Shown one piece after another: positions 61,091 to 64,000 of a stretch of 64,000 nt of DNA (positions are counted from its first letter, which is position 1; each line of letters starts with the position of its first letter). Origin of the DNA: an uncultured Verrucomicrobiae bacterium (GTDB lineage: Bacteria; Verrucomicrobiota; Verrucomicrobiia; Chthoniobacterales; Chthoniobacteraceae); the NCBI GenBank assembly GCA_963836755.1, contig CAWIKF010000001.1:256001-320000 (forward strand), written 5' to 3'. The position numbers and the translations under genes are program-made. Below the pieces are notes generated by a model. That model searched no databases. It was not told the DNA's origin and saw only the letters and a program-made list of their open reading frames with translations.

Positions 61091-62929
61091 TCACACTGCC
61101 GGTTCGAGTTCGTAGCCGACGAATCGCTGTTCCGAAAGCCGCGCCGGTTTTAAAATCAGCCGATTAATTTTTCGAGGCGCGCCGGTGTGGTCACGATATT
61201 CCTGCACCTGGACGCCGGCAAAAACCGTCTCATCGAATGGCTTGACCAGCAGCGCGAATCCTCTCGCTTTGATCCGCGCCGAACGTTCCGTGAGGATGAT
61301 TTCCTCTTCGCTGATGATCGACGTTTCAAAAGATTCGTGGACCGCAAGCTCGTAAAATTCTTTCACGCGTAAACGGCCTTGGCGCTTGTCCAAATAGAAA
61401 CTGCGGGTCAAATCGATCGCGCCCGCCTCGGCCGGATAGCAGTTCGTGAGATCGATCGAAATTTCCACGTGATCTGCGGCCAGCTCGGCATTGAGAATCC
61501 CTGCCGCGTATTGCAAGCCGGCGGCCTGCTCATGGCCATTCACGATCGGCAGCGAATGCCCGAGCGTCCGCGCGGCGAGGTAGTTGTAGCGGTTTTCGCT
61601 GAAGAAATCCTTCGTATATTCCGGCGCTCCAATCTCGATCACGAGCGGGATGCCGTTAATGTTCAGTAAATAATTTCCGCAGTCGTTGTGATTGTTTTTC
61701 TCCGCGTTGTTGCCCGCTTTCGCCGCGAAATCCCAGCGGTTCCCGCGCGCATCGAGCGCGTGCGCCACGACGATGCCGAGATTTTTAAAATAAAAATCCT
61801 CAGGCTCGATCGCGCGCTCGGCGGAGTGATCGGCGGGCACATTTAAAAAAAGCCGCGTGAGATAAAGCAGGTCCGTGCGCTGGCCGCGCATGTTCAATCC
61901 CGTGTGCCCGAGCCGCGTGTAATTCCGATAGCCGTGCGCGCCGAGCAGGCTGTCGTCAAAGCGCCGGCCGAGGTAGGTGAGCAGCGCCGGATTCAGCGCG
62001 CCGTTACGCGGACTGTCGCCAAAGTTCACGAAATGGTGATTCGCTAGCGTAACGCGCGGTGCGTATTTCGCGATCTCGCGCACGCGCTCGTCGCCGGCGA
62101 AAAACGAGAGCGCTCCATCGGTGCGCGTCTCGAGTTGCTCGTTTAGAAAACTGAACCAGCCGAATCCGTATTGCCAATAGCCCGGCCCTTCCGCGCAGCC
62201 GCCATCCTCGCCGAAGGCCTCGAGAAAAACGTTGAGATAACGGCGCGCAATCAAAAGCAGCCGCGCGATCATCTGCGGATCGTCCTCCGCGGCAAATGCG
62301 GCTCCGAGTAAACCTTGATGGCAGACCGCGTTCCAGTTGCCGCCGGATCGCGTCCAAAACAAGTCTTGATGCCGGTAAATGTAATTCTCGAAAAGTTGTT
62401 TTCGCAGCCGCGTCTTAATTGCGCCCACCAATTCCGCCGGTAATTCCGCGCCAAAAAGATCGAGCGTTTCGCCCATCATGTTGCCGGTTTCGCACGCGAA
62501 TAAATCGAGATGCATCGGATCTTTTCCCGACGGCGAATTCACGTGCGCCGGCAGCGCCCACGAAACTTCCTCCGAAATTTGCGCGAGCTTGTCGCGCATC
62601 GAATCGAGCCAATTTCGTCCGCCATCGATCAGCGCGCACATCGCGGCGCGGGCGAAACGGCGGCGTCTTTCAAAATACGCATCTTCAAACGGCAGCCGAT
62701 TCCCGCTCGTGAAAAATTCGCGATACAACTCGTCCGTCAGCGCGGGCAGTGACTCGCCGATTTCCTTGGTCGCGAGCGCGCGGATCGGCTCCATCCACGA
62801 TTGCACCATCGCGCTTTCCGCAGCGCTTTTCCAACGCTCGGAACCGAGCGGCGGCATCATCGCGCGCTTCGGGATAAAACTCTGTGCTGCCTCGTCCTGC
62901 GTCAGGTTTTCCGCGAGGACGTTCTTCAT
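61091..62929 (-). CDS. Heparinase II/III-like protein
   Basis: ATG 62929 (MKNVLAE), [35 protein letters not shown] and HSLPIVNG. Confidence 0.8.
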   Translation of the reverse strand: MKNVLAENLTQDEAAQSFIPKRAMMPPLGSERWKSAAESAMVQSWMEPIRALATKEIGESLPALTDELYREFFTSGNRLPFEDAYFERRRRFARAAMCALIDGGRNWLDSMRDKLAQISEEVSWALPAHVNSPSGKDPMHLDLFACETGNMMGETLDLFGAELPAELVGAIKTRLRKQLFENYIYRHQDLFWTRSGGNWNAVCHQGLLGAAFAAEDDPQMIARLLLIARRYLNVFLEAFGEDGGCAEGPGYWQYGFGWFSFLNEQLETRTDGALSFFAGDERVREIAKYAPRVTLANHHFVNFGDSPRNGALNPALLTYLGRRFDDSLLGAHGYRNYTRLGHTGLNMRGQRTDLLYLTRLFLNVPADHSAERAIEPEDFYFKNLGIVVAHALDARGNRWDFAAKAGNNAEKNNHNDCGNYLLNINGIPLVIEIGAPEYTKDFFSENRYNYLAARTLGHSLPIVNGHEQAAGLQYAAGILNAELAADHVEISIDLTNCYPAEAGAIDLTRSFYLDKRQGRLRVKEFYELAVHESFETSIISEEEIILTERSARIKARGFALLVKPFDETVFAGVQVQEYRDHTGAPRKINRLILKPARLSEQRFVGYELEPAV

Positions 62930-64000
62930 CGCAAGCGGTCCGGATTCAAGCGCTGAAGCGGCTTGGGGACGAAAAGTCCGTCGCGGCGGATGACTTTTCC
63001 GTCGAACGAAATGGTGCCGCCGCCATAGTCCTGGCGCTGGATGCAAACCATGTCCCAATGCACTTGCGACGCGGTTGCCGTTGTCCGCCTGCTCGTAGGC
63101 TTGGCCCGGCGTGAAATGAAACGAGCCACTGATTTTTTCGTCGAACAAAATGTCCCGCATTGGATGCAAAATGTGCGGATTAAATGCGAGCGAAAACTCA
63201 CCGATGAAGCGGGCGCCCGCATCAGAGTCGAGAATTTCATTCAACTTTTTCGAATTGTTCGCGGTCGCGTCGACGACTTTGCCGTCTTTGAAAGCGAGGC
63301 GAATGCTGTCAAAGGCGGTCCCTTGATAAATGGTCGGCGCGTTAAACGTGACGTGACCTTGCACGGAATTTTTGACGGGCGCGGTGAAGACTTCGCCGTC
63401 CGGAATATTGTGCGAGCCACCGCACGTGATCGCCGGTATTCCCCTGATGGAAAATTGCAAATCGGTGCCCGGACCTTTGATTTCCACGCGGTCAGTTTTT
63501 TCCATCAACGCTTTCAGCGCCTTCATTCCCGGCACCATCCGCGCGTAGTCGAGCGTGCAGACATTGAAGTAAAAGTTTTCGAATTGCTCGGTGCTCATCC
63601 CGGCCTGCTGCGCCATCGACGGCGTCGGCCAGCGCAACACGCACCAGCGGGTTTTTTTCACGCGCCAGTCGATCACGGGGCGCATGATTTTCATCGCGAG
63701 CTTCATTTTTTCGCCCGGCACGTCGGACATCTCGGTGATGTTTTCACTGCCGCGCACTGCGATGTAGGCGTCCATCTTTTTCATCCGCGCCAGCTCGTGC
63801 TCAGCTGCAAATTGATACTGCGCCTCGCTCGCCTCACGCGCCATCTCGCGCACGACGCGGGCCTGATGCGTCTGCACGAACGGCAGCGCTTTCGCACCGC
63901 GCACCGCGCGAATGAGCGCCACGGTCATCTCGGGCGGAATGTCGTATGCGTCGAGCAAGACTTTTTCGCCTGGCCGCAGCTTCGTGGAATAGCCGACCAG
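62926..64000 (-). CDS. Aminopeptidase, M29 (thermophilic metalloprotease) family; 5' end outside the window; +1 frameshift near 63070
   Basis: [14 protein letters not shown] and LFDEKI.G.FH..GQAY. The C-terminus SQVHWDMV...R* is in ORF 62926..63240. Confidence 0.9.

Noticed and set aside
61091..63958. 955-aa aminopeptidase-heparinase fusion ORF
   Set aside because: An artefact of the +1 base near 63070. The true aminopeptidase C-terminus (VHWDM) is in the next frame and stops at 62926, overlapping the heparinase ATG.

Overview
The window looks like a GC-rich Verrucomicrobiota chromosome segment, probably Chthoniobacterales/Spartobacteria-like; this is inferred from a Verru_Chthon cassette protein A, a DUF4450 protein and the repeat types. 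Most of it is housekeeping: a secretin, trpF, gap-pgk-tpiA, ftsH, a NifS/IscS desulfurase, hpt, cysS, ispF, suhB, split coaC/coaB, gmk, yicC, trpB, manC, ruvX, truA and an M29 aminopeptidase. It also holds a YtfR/YtfT/YjfF-type sugar ABC transporter, a partial ebo cluster, and two carbohydrate-related islands with atypical codon usage (about 23.2-28.0 kb and 45.9-54.9 kb). The most unusual features are: (i) three sequence-unrelated, degenerate 21-bp tandem arrays with internal dyads, each at the edge of accessory DNA; (ii) a repeat-dense zone at 17.6-19.3 kb with inverted repeats, a REP-like palindrome, a 5'-truncated FN3 gene and an integron-like cassette (hairpin + GTTAGGC, ORF, GCCTAAC and a truncated attC) with no integrase in the window; (iii) a 39-aa histone-H1-like Lys/Ala-rich microprotein missed by the ORF track; (iv) an orphan VccA and an Anbu proteasome-like gene coupled to trpF. 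Five genes each carry a single +1 frameshift, most likely long-read insertion errors. One of these produces a false aminopeptidase-heparinase fusion ORF. All family assignments come from motif recognition by eye, not from database searches.
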